Positions 1 through 9,192 of a stretch of DNA of 64,000 nucleotides are shown here, in pieces. Made by a program: the position numbers and the translations under genes. Position 1 is the first letter of the stretch. Each line of letters begins with the position of its first letter. This DNA is from Cyanophora paradoxa CCMP329 (taxonomy: Eukaryota; Plantae; Glaucophyta): NCBI GenBank assembly GCA_004431415.1, contig QPMI01000524.1, forward strand, positions 124,001 to 188,000, in the 5' to 3' direction. The notes under the pieces were generated by a model, which worked only from the letters and a program-made list of their open reading frames with translations, was not told where the DNA came from and ran no database searches.

Positions 1-446
1 TGGGCCTGGGCGAGGCCTACGCCACCTTCCAGCGCCTCCTCGCTGCAGGCGCGTCGCAGCGCGCACCTCCGTCCTCGAGCTAGAAGTCCGTCTCGCTCAC
101 CCCTCCCCGCAGGCTCGCTCTCGACGCTGGGCTCCTACACGCTCTCCGTAACGCTGGCGGCCGAGGCACCCAACGTGCCGGCGCCCACTCCGGGGCCCGC
201 CGTGGCCGACTACAACATGGCCGCCGCCGTCGGCATCGGCGTCGCCGTCGCCGGGTACGCGCTCGAGAGCTCTCCTCGTCTTCTGCTCTGACCAGCTCTC
301 CTCGCAGGCTGATCGCGATCGTGGCGACGGTCGGGGTGATTTACGGGCTCCACCGCCGCAACCGCCGCCGCATGGGCGTCACCGCCGCCGACGACCACGG
401 CGTCACCAAGAACTACGCCGTCGGCGCCGGCGCCGGCATGGCCTAA
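1..446 (+). CDS. 3' end of a spliced gene for a single-pass membrane protein (5' part outside the window)
   Basis: Joining exons across two short introns (~49-112 GC..AG, ~256-307 GT..AG) gives ...GLGEAYATFQRLLAAGSLSTLGSYTLSVTLAAEAPNVPAPTPGPAVADYNMAAAVGIGVAVAGLIAIVATVGVIYGLHRRNRRRMG...GMA*. This has a Pro-rich stalk, a hydrophobic TM helix and a basic stop-transfer; TAA at 444-446. Confidence 0.7.
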
Positions 447-1156
447 GCAGGCCCAACTGTTCAAGTCCAAGTAGGCACATCTTGGCAACGGTTCAAATTT
501 CCGTCCGAATTTCGCAAGCTCCTGCTTCTTTAACGTATCAATTCTCACTCGCTACTGTTCAACGGTTCTCATATCGTCAAGGGTTTCGATCGCTAGACTC
601 ATGACATACAGTGATTGTCTCACCGGTGAACAGCATTTCCATGATTCATTAGATTTAAAGCACCTGAGCTCGAAAGAACTCCATCTATGTGTACGTAGCA
701 TATGCATAGTATATCTAAAGTAGCTAGACCTCTCGATCCGGCGCTGCTCGACATGCTTCGCTTCAATTTTAATTCGCCCTGATTTGTACAGTTGTCAGTT
801 TGGATGTACATGTCACACAGTGTGGTTCCCATAGTCCCGCATGTTGTGTGTGCGCACGCCGGGGGACTCGGGAGGGGGCGAGGGGGGGCCGGGGCCGGTG
901 GGGAGGGGGACCGTCGGACCGTTGATGCATTTATGTATAGCCATAGAAAGAAATAAATTAAATATAGATTCGGATCATGATCATTAATATTTAGCTCAGA
1001 TTGGGTACAGGCTAAGGGGGAACCTACAGAGGGGTACAGAGATCTTATATGGGGGTACAGAGTGCTGTGGGGGTACAGGATGGTACATGCAAGGGTACGT
1101 GTATACATGTCACGGTTTGGGTACACGGGATCGGGAGGGGTACACGAAAACGTTGC

Positions 1157-1200
1157 TCCCACTGTGCCGCGTTCGCGCTCGATCGCGAAGTAGGCATAAA
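1157..1200 (+). promoter_or_regulatory. snRNA promoter: USE-like TCCCACT (~-68) plus TATA-like CATAAA (~-30)
   Basis: Position and sequence resemble the plant Pol II snRNA USE (RTCCCACATCG) plus TATA arrangement. Conserved in both copies. Confidence 0.6.
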
Positions 1201-1224
1201 GGTGTGAAAATTTCCGAACAAATC

Positions 1225-1408
1225 ATACCTTCTCGGCCTTTTGGCTAAGATCAAGTGTAGTATCTGTTCTTCAAGGAGTGATATCCTTGACGCTACCAAT
1301 GGTAGCTCGATATCACGATAATTTCTCTGTGGCGGCGGGATCACCTGGGCTTGCTCAGGCCCTGCCAGGGTTGCTGCGGAATCGCACTGCCTCCGCGGCG
1401 GCCCACCC
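1225..1408 (+). ncRNA. U2: U2 spliceosomal snRNA, copy 1
   Basis: Starts ATACCTTCTCGGCCTTTTGGCTAAGATCAAGTGTAGTATCTGTTCT, including the branch-point recognition sequence GTAGTA. Stem IIa CAAGGA/TCCTTG, stem IIb GCTACC/GGTAGC, U-rich Sm region, stem III, and stem IV with loop ATCGCACTGC. 3' end approximate. Confidence 0.97.
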
Positions 1409-3801
1409 TTTCTTATCACACAAACAAATGAAAAACCGAAATCTAATGATCTCGAGCAAAGAACCGCTCTGATCTTGCAGATCTAGATGAGCTCCGCCTC
1501 CCGTGGCACTGGCGCATCTTGCCGCGCATGCCGGCGCGGGGGCTGCGGCGCCGACATTAGAAAATTCATCGCGTGCATCGTTTGCCAAGTTGCTTCGAGC
1601 TCATGATCAGCCTCAGCTGCAGACTGCTCTGTCACTGCAGTCGACGTCCGACATAGATCTAGATCTAGAGTGCAAGTAACTCGACATGTACGTATACGGT
1701 ACAGCGCGCGCATGTGCATGTGCATTCGAAATTGATCCGCCTCTAGTACTAGTACTAGCTATATCTATATATAGGCCACGCCGCCGTTGCCGCTCTCGAT
1801 CGCGATCTCGCGGAGCTCGCAACGTGCAGATATCGATGCAGCCTATCTATCTGCAGTTAGTGCTGGCAAGCGACCGTATATCTGACATGGCCTAATTATA
1901 AAGGGCCCGCTGCGGCGCGCGCTCGGAAGGGGTCGTGCTCGTGCACGCCGCTGCGGGGTCCGGGGAAGGGAAAGTCACTCGCGAATTTGGGGCGATGGCT
2001 TGAATCCGGAGATCTAGAGAGCAGGAAAAGGAGCAAACTTGAAGGACCGCTGCGTCCATTCAAATGGAAGAAAAGCAGAGCTAGCGCTCCGGTCCAGAAG
2101 CCTTGAAGGCGGTGGCCGCGGCCATCCGACGCCAGGCCGGCGCCAGCTGCAGGCGAGCTGTTTTCGAGGCTAAATATAAAATTCGAAAGAGGAGGCTAGA
2201 AGAGGTTGGACGCGGCGCAGTGGGCCGGGGATGGCTCGCATGCAAACCTTAAGCTTGTGGATGTACATGTCTGCTCCTGCGCTTGCGCATGCCCCGTCAC
2301 GCGCGCGCGCGAGGCCGTCGACGTCACGCGCGCGATTGCAATTGCGGGACACGCCGAATGGACCGGAGGGCCTAGGGCGAGATAATGCAACTGAGCGGGC
2401 AAAGACTGGTACCAAGGGGCGCTGCGTAGCTGCGAGCGCACCGTGCATGAAGGTAGGCATGTGCGTGTGTTGCGAGTGCGCATGATCGGATCGATCGGAT
2501 CGGAGCTCGAGGCGCGCTGCTGGCCATGGCCAGATCTAGACATTCGCAACCTGCGCATGCGCTTGCAATTGCTCCGCGGCCGTCGCGCGCGAGCTCGTAC
2601 TGCCGCGCCGGCCGGGCGCCCGGCGGCGCGGCCGCGCGCGCGCGGGCCCGGCCGGGGCATTGCGCGGCGCGGACATGGCCTCGGGCTCCTGCGCAGCTGG
2701 CGCGCCGCGGGCAAACCTGATGCGACCCCACGGCGCAAGCTAGTGCGACCGGCTTGTGGCCGGCTTGCGACCGGGGTGCGTGCGGTTGGAGCGGCTGTGG
2801 CGTTCATGGCGCGGCTAGCTACAGCAGACTGCCCGCGCGCGCGAGAGGCGCGCGTGACAGAGAGCGCCGCGGCCGGCCGGGCTGTCGGGAAGCTTAGGAG
2901 AAAGCGCTGGCCAGCTGCAGGGCGGGAGGGAGAAAGCGGCCGGGGGGGTCCGCGAAAAGACTTTCCTCAGGGTAAGTTAACTGACTCTCCAATGTGATTG
3001 GCTAGGGCGCGCGGCGTCCTCCCACGCAACCGCGCCCGCATCCGGCCTTGCTCCCGCTGTACGGAATGTTGTTCATGATGCGTGCAACGACCTCGAACTG
3101 GTTTGGCTCGTATATCTGCTCCCTATGCGTCGCTGGACCCGTTTTTGTCCCGGGAGTTGGTGCCCGTTCCTGGATCACCCTTTGGTCGGACGGGACCGGG
3201 CGACATGGTTTCGGGGTCCCCTTGGGATGTGCTTTCAGGATATACCGCGCGGCCTGGGTTTTGAGGAGGTCGGGGAAACAGGATTTGGGGTAGGGTTGGG
3301 CCCTAAGGAGAGGGACAGGGGAAGTGATTTTCCCTTCCCCAAATATAAGCGCAAGGAGCTCGATCGCGAGTCAATTCAAATGCGATCGCAATCGATACCA
3401 CGACGCCCGCATGCGCATGCACAGCGCTAGCGTTGATTATATGAAATATAGCTAGTCCTCGAGCATTGGATTGCAAACCGCTAGCTATATATATTTGCCG
3501 CCGTATATATACGTATACGTATACGTACATTTCTATATATATATGCGGCCCCACAGCCGGCCGCCGCCCCGGGCCCCCGCACCTCGAGCTCCACCCCACC
3601 CTCCACCCGTACTACGGTACGTCGACGTCACGGCGTATACGTAAATTTTTATGCCGCTCCGCGGCCGGCTGCCGCCCCGGGCCGCCGGGCCCCCGCGCCT
3701 CGAGCTCCATCCCATCCTGCGAGCCACGCCGCCGCCTGCCGAGCCTCCGGATCTCGCCTCCGCCCGCCGATCCTCCCGCCCTGCCCGGCGAGCTGCAGCG
3801 A

Positions 3802-4604
3802 TGCGCCACGAGCAGGAGCCTTCACCGGTGTCAGGAGAAGCCGCAGGCGAAGAGAGGCGGGGGAGGCGGCACCGCGCGAGGGCGTCGGCGGGGTCGAGGC
3901 GGAGGGCCGGGGCGGCGCGGGCAAGCTCCCAGGGGCTCGCCCCCGTCGCATGCCTGAGAAGGGCCGCCCGCTCCGGTCCTGCGCCCCGGCCGGCCACTTC
4001 GTGAGAACGACGGGCGCCTCGCTCACTTCGAAGGCACGGCGCGCCTGCAGTTCCCGTGGGCGCAGGCCGGCGATCTCAGGCGCCCTGTACCCCGCCTCAG
4101 AGATCGCTGGGGGGTGGGGTTGAGGGGGTTGGGAGAGGGGCGGGGGTACCTGGCGAGGGCCTCCCGGGTACAGACGCCGGCCTCGTCGAAGCCGGCAGAC
4201 ACGAGGGCCTCCACCTACCCCCCGCTCAGGTTTGGGGGGGGAGAGGTAGAGTGTAAAGAGGGTACGCACCTGCTCGGCAAGGGCGGCGTGGGGCAGGGAC
4301 TGCGCGGGGGGGTACCGCGAGGCGAGTAGTGCGAGGTCCGCGTCGCCCACCCCGTGCCGCCTGCGGGAACGGGAGGAGAGGGGGAGGGGGGGAGTAGAAG
4401 GCTCAGGAAGGGGGGAAGAAACGGGAGTGGGGCGAGGGAGGGCGGACCGAGCTGGGCGCGGGCGGCGGCGGCCTCGGGGCCGCCCCTCGAGCCTCCGCGA
4501 GGAGAGATCGGCCGGGGCCGGCGGGCGGGCGGGGCGGGGCGGGGCGGACCGCGGGCCTCGAGGGCGGCGAGGGCGTCGTCGACGAAGGCGAGCGGCGGCG
4601 CCGC
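3802..4604 (-). pseudogene. Inverted genomic duplicate (exons plus introns) of part of the mTERF gene at ~22488-23314
   Basis: Reverse complement aligns along its length with 22488-23314 (e.g. PLAFVDDALAALEARG, ALVSAGFDEAGVCTREALAR, VSEAPVVLTKWPAGAQ). Introns are retained, with scattered substitutions; no start or stop. Confidence 0.9.
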
Positions 4605-4654
4605 CTGCTGCCGCAGTGCGCCACAGAGCCGCGCCGCCGTCCCCGCGCCTCCGC

Positions 4655-5022
4655 CCGTCCGGCGAGCCGCGCTGCCGCTCCCCGCGCCGCCGCCCCGTCG
4701 ACGTCCGGCGAGCCGCGCCGCCGCACCCGCGCCTCCCGGAGTCCGCCCTGTCCGGCGAGTCGCGCCGCCGCCCCGCACGCCTCCGTCCCATCTGGCGGGC
4801 CGCGCCGCCGCTCCGCGCGCCTCCGTCCCGTCTGGCGAGCCGCGCCGCCGCCCCGCACGCCTTCGCCCCGTCCGGCGAGCCGCGCCGCCGCACCTCGCGC
4901 CTCCGACCCGTCCGGCGAGCCGCGCTGCCCCACGCGCCTCCGACCCGCCGTACGGTCCGGCGAGCCGCGCCAGCCGGCGGCCGCCCCCCGCGCGTCCGCC
5001 CCGTCCGCGCCGGCGAGCCGCT
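4655..5022. repeat. GC-rich 40-bp minisatellite, about 9 degenerate copies
   Basis: Core TCCGGCGAGCCGCGCCGCCG recurs at 4751, 4791, 4831, 4871 and 4911 (exact 40-bp period), with looser copies on either side. Confidence 0.85.
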
Positions 5023-5437
5023 GTCCGCCGCCACTGGAGGCCGAAGGCCTTTCGCCTGCATCGTGGTCAGGCCGCGGGCGCAATGCAAGCATTTCATGAC
5101 TAAGCCGCAATGCCGCTGCGCCGACCGGGCGCCCGGCGCCGGCAGATCAGCGGCCCGGCGGGAGAGAGCATGCGCAAGGCGGCGCGCACCCTTTCGGCGC
5201 GCGCGGGGAGGCGCACCTTAAGCTCAAGCTTGCGGCGCACATGGTGAGTGCACCTTTAACTTTGGCCCTGCGTGCGCAGCCCCGCACTGCGGCAGCGCGG
5301 CCTTGCCTGAACGTCGAACTGCATTATGCTTCGGCGGCCGCGGCACAGCTCGCTGTTGGCTGCAGTTACGGTTCCGAAGTTCGCGCAAGCGAGCTGCGCT
5401 GCAGCAATCTGATCCATATGCATGGGCCAGATAGCTC

Positions 5438-6088
5438 GCCAGCACTAACTGCGGATAGATAGCCTGCATCGATATCTGCACGTTGCGAGCTCTGCGTCAA
5501 CGGCGGGGCGGCGGGGCCCAGTGGCGGATCAAATGCACATGCGCTGTCGAGTTACTTGCACTCTAGATCTATGTCGGACGTCGACTGCAGTGACAGAGCA
5601 GTCTGCAGCTGAGGCTGATCATGAGCTCGAAGCAACTTGGCAAACGATGCACGCGATGAATTTCCGAATGTCGGCGCCGCAGCCCCCGCGCCGGCATGCG
5701 CGGCAAGATGCGCCAGTGCCACGGGAGGCGGAGCTCATCTAGATCTGCAAGATCAGAGCGGTTCTTTGCTCGAGATCATTAGATTTCGGTTTTTCATTTG
5801 TTTGTGTGATAAGAAAGGGTGGGCCGCCGCGGAGGCAGTGCGATTCCGCAGCAACCCTGGCAGGGCCTGAGCAAGCCCAGGTGATCCCGCCGCCACAGAG
5901 AAATTATCGTGATATCGAGCTACCATTGGTAGCGTCAAGGATATCACTCCTTGAAGAACAGATACTACACTTGATCTTAGCCAAAAGGCCGAGAAGGTAT
6001 GACTTGTTCGGAAATTTTCACACCTTTATGCCTACTTCGCGATCGAGCGCGAACGCGGCACAGTGGGAGCAACGTTTTCGTGTACCCC
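5438..6088 (-). repeat. Right arm of the U2-containing inverted repeat
   Basis: Reverse complement of 1137-1867. The ORF track shows mirrored identical spurious ORFs (1278..1472+ and 5753..5947-). Confidence 0.95.
5817..6000 (-). ncRNA. U2: U2 spliceosomal snRNA, copy 2
   Basis: Reverse complement of copy 1, with no difference seen in the RNA-coding part. Same promoter elements at ~6025-6068. Confidence 0.97.
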
Positions 6089-6604
6089 AACTCGCCAGCT
6101 TTGCAAGACCTGCAGCACGACAATCGGGAGCCGAAGTTCGACGTTCGTGCTACTCCAACGGCGACCTCGGATCCGGAGCTCGGTTATCGTACTCTAGCGG
6201 CCGCCGGCCGCCGGGCCGCCAGGCGCGGCGCGCGCGCGGCGCGGCCCGGCGGCCGGGCCGCCGGGCCCGGGGTCGACGTCGAGCTCGGCATGCGGACTCC
6301 GGGAGGCCTAGTCCTTACTTTAGGCATGGCGTTCCAAACTGCTTGACTCGGCGATGGTCCATTTTGAAGTTCTTCACCGTGGCACCAGGCGATGTGCGCA
6401 TGCGCATAGCCAACTTTTAACTTTTCAGTGGCGCGCACCACAACCCGCGCGCCGCGCCGCGCCGGGACCGACCCCTGTCCGCCAGCCCGACCTTGTGCTT
6501 AGCTATAGCAGTGCAGTTCACGCTTTCGGTTTCCAGGTTGACGTAGGGTGAGATTCGCAAAGAGACGGGAGAGAGGCGTCGCGGGGGGCGGCGGGCGGCT
6601 GGCG

Positions 6605-8890
6605 CTAGCCCCGCTTGGAGGAGGGCCCCGGGGCGGCGCCGGCGGGCGGGCCGGCGGAGGCCTGCTGCTCGCGGAGTGCGGCGGCGTTCTTGAGGAGCTT
6701 GCGCATGTTCTTCTGCCGGTCGAAGGTCGCCCCCAGGAGGCTCGTGTACACGCTCGGCTTGGAGGCCTTGATGGGCCCTCCCCGGTAGATCAGGTCGAAG
6801 CCGCCGATCTGCGCCACGCCGAGGGCCCGTCACGATCGAAGAGGGAGGGGTGTGAGGGGCGCCGGCCCGCGCTCGCCTGGTCCTCGTTGGGCAGGTTGGG
6901 GAACCGGTGCTCCATGTCCACTATGACCAGGAGGTCCTGCGGCGCCGCGCCTCAGACGAGGCCGGGGAGGTTCAGCTTCGTTGGGCATCATATCACCTCA
7001 AGGAGGGCGAACTTCATGGCGTAGTCGGCCGGCGTCTCCGCGGTCAGCGACGGGGAAGCATTCACCTGCGCCCCGCCCCCGGTCACTACCACGAATGGGG
7101 GTACCGGACCGGCAGCTAGGGGGGTAGGTGGGCGGAGGGCGCACCTCGAGAAGGACCGGCTTGAGATCGTCCGTGATCAGGACGTCGTACCCGTACATCT
7201 GCGTGGGGGATACGTGAGCACGACAGCCCCAGCTCTCGCAGGCTCTCGCCCCCGCCCCGCCGCCGTCGGACCTCGAAGCAGTGCTTGTCGTTGATGATGA
7301 CCTGCGGGGCGCGTTGGCGGGGTGCGGGGGAGGCAGGCGGGGCGGAGGGGGGCCCGCGCCTTCTGGACGGCCATCAGGGCGCGGATGACGACGCGCTGGA
7401 TGTCCCCGAAGAGCCGGTTCGTCGCCTGCGGGGCGCGAGAAGGCACGGGCTCGCTGAGCCCGGGTGCACAGGCGCGGGCGGGCGGGCGAGCAGGCCTCGA
7501 CGCCGTGGCGGGAGATGAGGTACTGTTTGAGGTCGTGGAGCCACCACTTGCAGCCTGTCGCGGCGCCGGGCGGCTCTCAGTGCTCGAGGCCGGGCCGGGC
7601 CAGGGCCGGCGCCCTCGGGCGGGAGGGGTTCGCACCCTTCTCCTTCTGGTAGGCCGGCGCGTACTTCTGGATGGCGACGTTCGTGAGGTGCACGTGGCCC
7701 GTCGCCAGGTCCTTCGGGTCCAGGCTGCGAGCGGCGCCCCGCTCGGCCCGGCTCGGGGCGGGGGAGGGACTCAGCTCACCTGAACCGCGAGTTGGAGAAG
7801 CGCGCGAAGCCCGTTCGGTACAGGTACACGGTCAGCGGGCTGCGCGGGGTGGGCCGCGTCAGTGGAGGGGTGCAGGATTCCGGGAGGGGTACGGGACCCA
7901 CCTGTAGTTCGTGACGACGGCGTAGATGCGGAGGTCGAACTTCTTCCCCCCGATCAGGTACGGGTTCGTCACGTAGCGCTGCGGGGGAGCCCTCAGGGGA
8001 AACGGCAGCTTAACAGGGGGCACGGGGCTCGCCTGGACGATGTAGTTCTCGACCTTGACCTCGGGCTGATCCTTGTCCTCCTCCTGCTTGTTCCACCTGA
8101 AATCTTTCTTCCAGTCCGAGATCTGATTGGCCCTTAGCTTCACTTTCATTTGCCTATCGCGCAGACAGCTGGAAAGCCAGGGCGGCCTGCTCGCCTGCCC
8201 CAGCTTCGTGATGAGGAAGATGCCCTTTCCTTGGCTCTTGCCGATCGGCTGCGCGGCGGCGCCGGCTCAACGGGTGAAAGCGGGACGGACGTGGAGGCAC
8301 GCGACGCGCGGCCGGGCGGGGCGGGACGCGCCTTCATGATCCAAATAGAGCCCGGCATCTTCTTGAACTCCTCCACGAACATGCTGTACTCCGCGGGCAG
8401 CGTGAACCTGCGGCGCGACGAGTGGGAACGGGGGCGCCGGGCGCGCGCGGAGTGGGGGCGCCCTCGCCGCACGTCTGCGGGAAGAAGTCATACTGCGCTG
8501 CCTCCTCGGGCTGGCCGTCCCTCTCCAGGCGCTTCCGCTCGCGCTTCAGGTTCTTGATGAGGAGATCCTGCGAGGAAGCTCGCGCGGCGGCGGGCCAGCG
8601 CGCGGCGCGGCATGACAGACGCGCCTTGCGTGTGAGCTCGTAGTGGTTCCTAAAGTGGTTCACGCGCTGATTCTCGTCCAGGTGCATCTTGTCCATGTGC
8701 TCATGGATCCAGCCCTTGTCCGCCCAGTTGAAGTCCTGCACAGGGTCAGCGCCGGCGGCGGGAGGCGCTGGCGAGGCACGCGGACCCAGTCAGAGTCGCT
8801 GTCCGTTTCGTGCCAGCCTTTGCTCTTCAGCACGTCGTAGATCGTGTTCTTCAGGCTGCATCGGAAGGTGATGCCGCCGGCGGCCGCCAC
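6605..8890 (-). CDS. TTLL9: Tubulin polyglutamylase TTLL9 (tubulin-tyrosine ligase family), 16 exons
   Basis: Spliced exons give ITFRCSLKNTIYDVL..GWHETDSDSDWDFNWAD..QRVNHFRNHYELTRKDLLIKNLKR..YDFFP..WIMKPIGKSQGKGIFL..YLIGGKKFDLRIY..HLTNVAIQK..CFEMYGYD..LLEVNASP..QIGGFDLIY. These are the TTL motifs with a TTLL9-type N-terminus. The apparent start is GTG. Confidence 0.93.
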
Positions 8891-9192
8891 GGCGGCCGCC
8901 CGGCGCTCCCGCTCCGCCCTCTCCGCCAGTCTTCCTCAGCTAGGTGCTTAGCTACGTCAGGCGGTGCGCTCTGGGCGTTCGGGGCGGCGTGCTGTTCGGA
9001 ACTGGGCGCCGGGCGGTCGGACTGCAGTGGAGACGCTTGATTCCGCAGGACACGCTGAGAGGAGCTACGAGGGATGGTCGCTGTCAGTCAGCCTAGAGTC
9101 CCTCACAGGGATCGAGTTCGGTCAGGGGGGGTCAGTCTCCCAGGGGGGTAGTAGGGGCGAAGCGGCCTCTAGGCCGTTGTCGGGCAGCGAAG

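Larger units (their letters stand above)
1137..1867 (+). repeat. Left arm of a long inverted repeat containing a U2 snRNA gene
   Basis: 1137-~1650 is the near-identical reverse complement of ~5575-6088 (coordinate sum 7225). Homology continues with indels to ~1867/5438. Confidence 0.95.

Noticed and set aside
1045-1725. Duplicated ORFs (MIRKGG.., MISLTL.., MANDARD..) mirrored at 5521-6420
   Set aside because: They overlap the U2 genes and their flanks, so they are by-products of the inverted repeat.
4655-5022. Regularly spaced ~20-bp core that could suggest a CRISPR array
   Set aside because: The intervening segments are themselves homologous, the context is eukaryotic and there are no cas genes. 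It is a minisatellite.
2170-5221. Long Arg/Pro/Gly/Ala-rich ORFs (up to 482 aa), and similar ones across 16-37 kb
   Set aside because: Stop-codon scarcity at very high GC. There are no domain motifs except where they overlap true exons.
1127-6098. Calling the U2 inverted repeat a bona fide TIR transposon or a U2-targeting element (Utopia/Keno-type)
   Set aside because: No TSD at the outer boundaries, no transposase or RT, and both U2 genes are uninterrupted. Kept only as a hypothesis.
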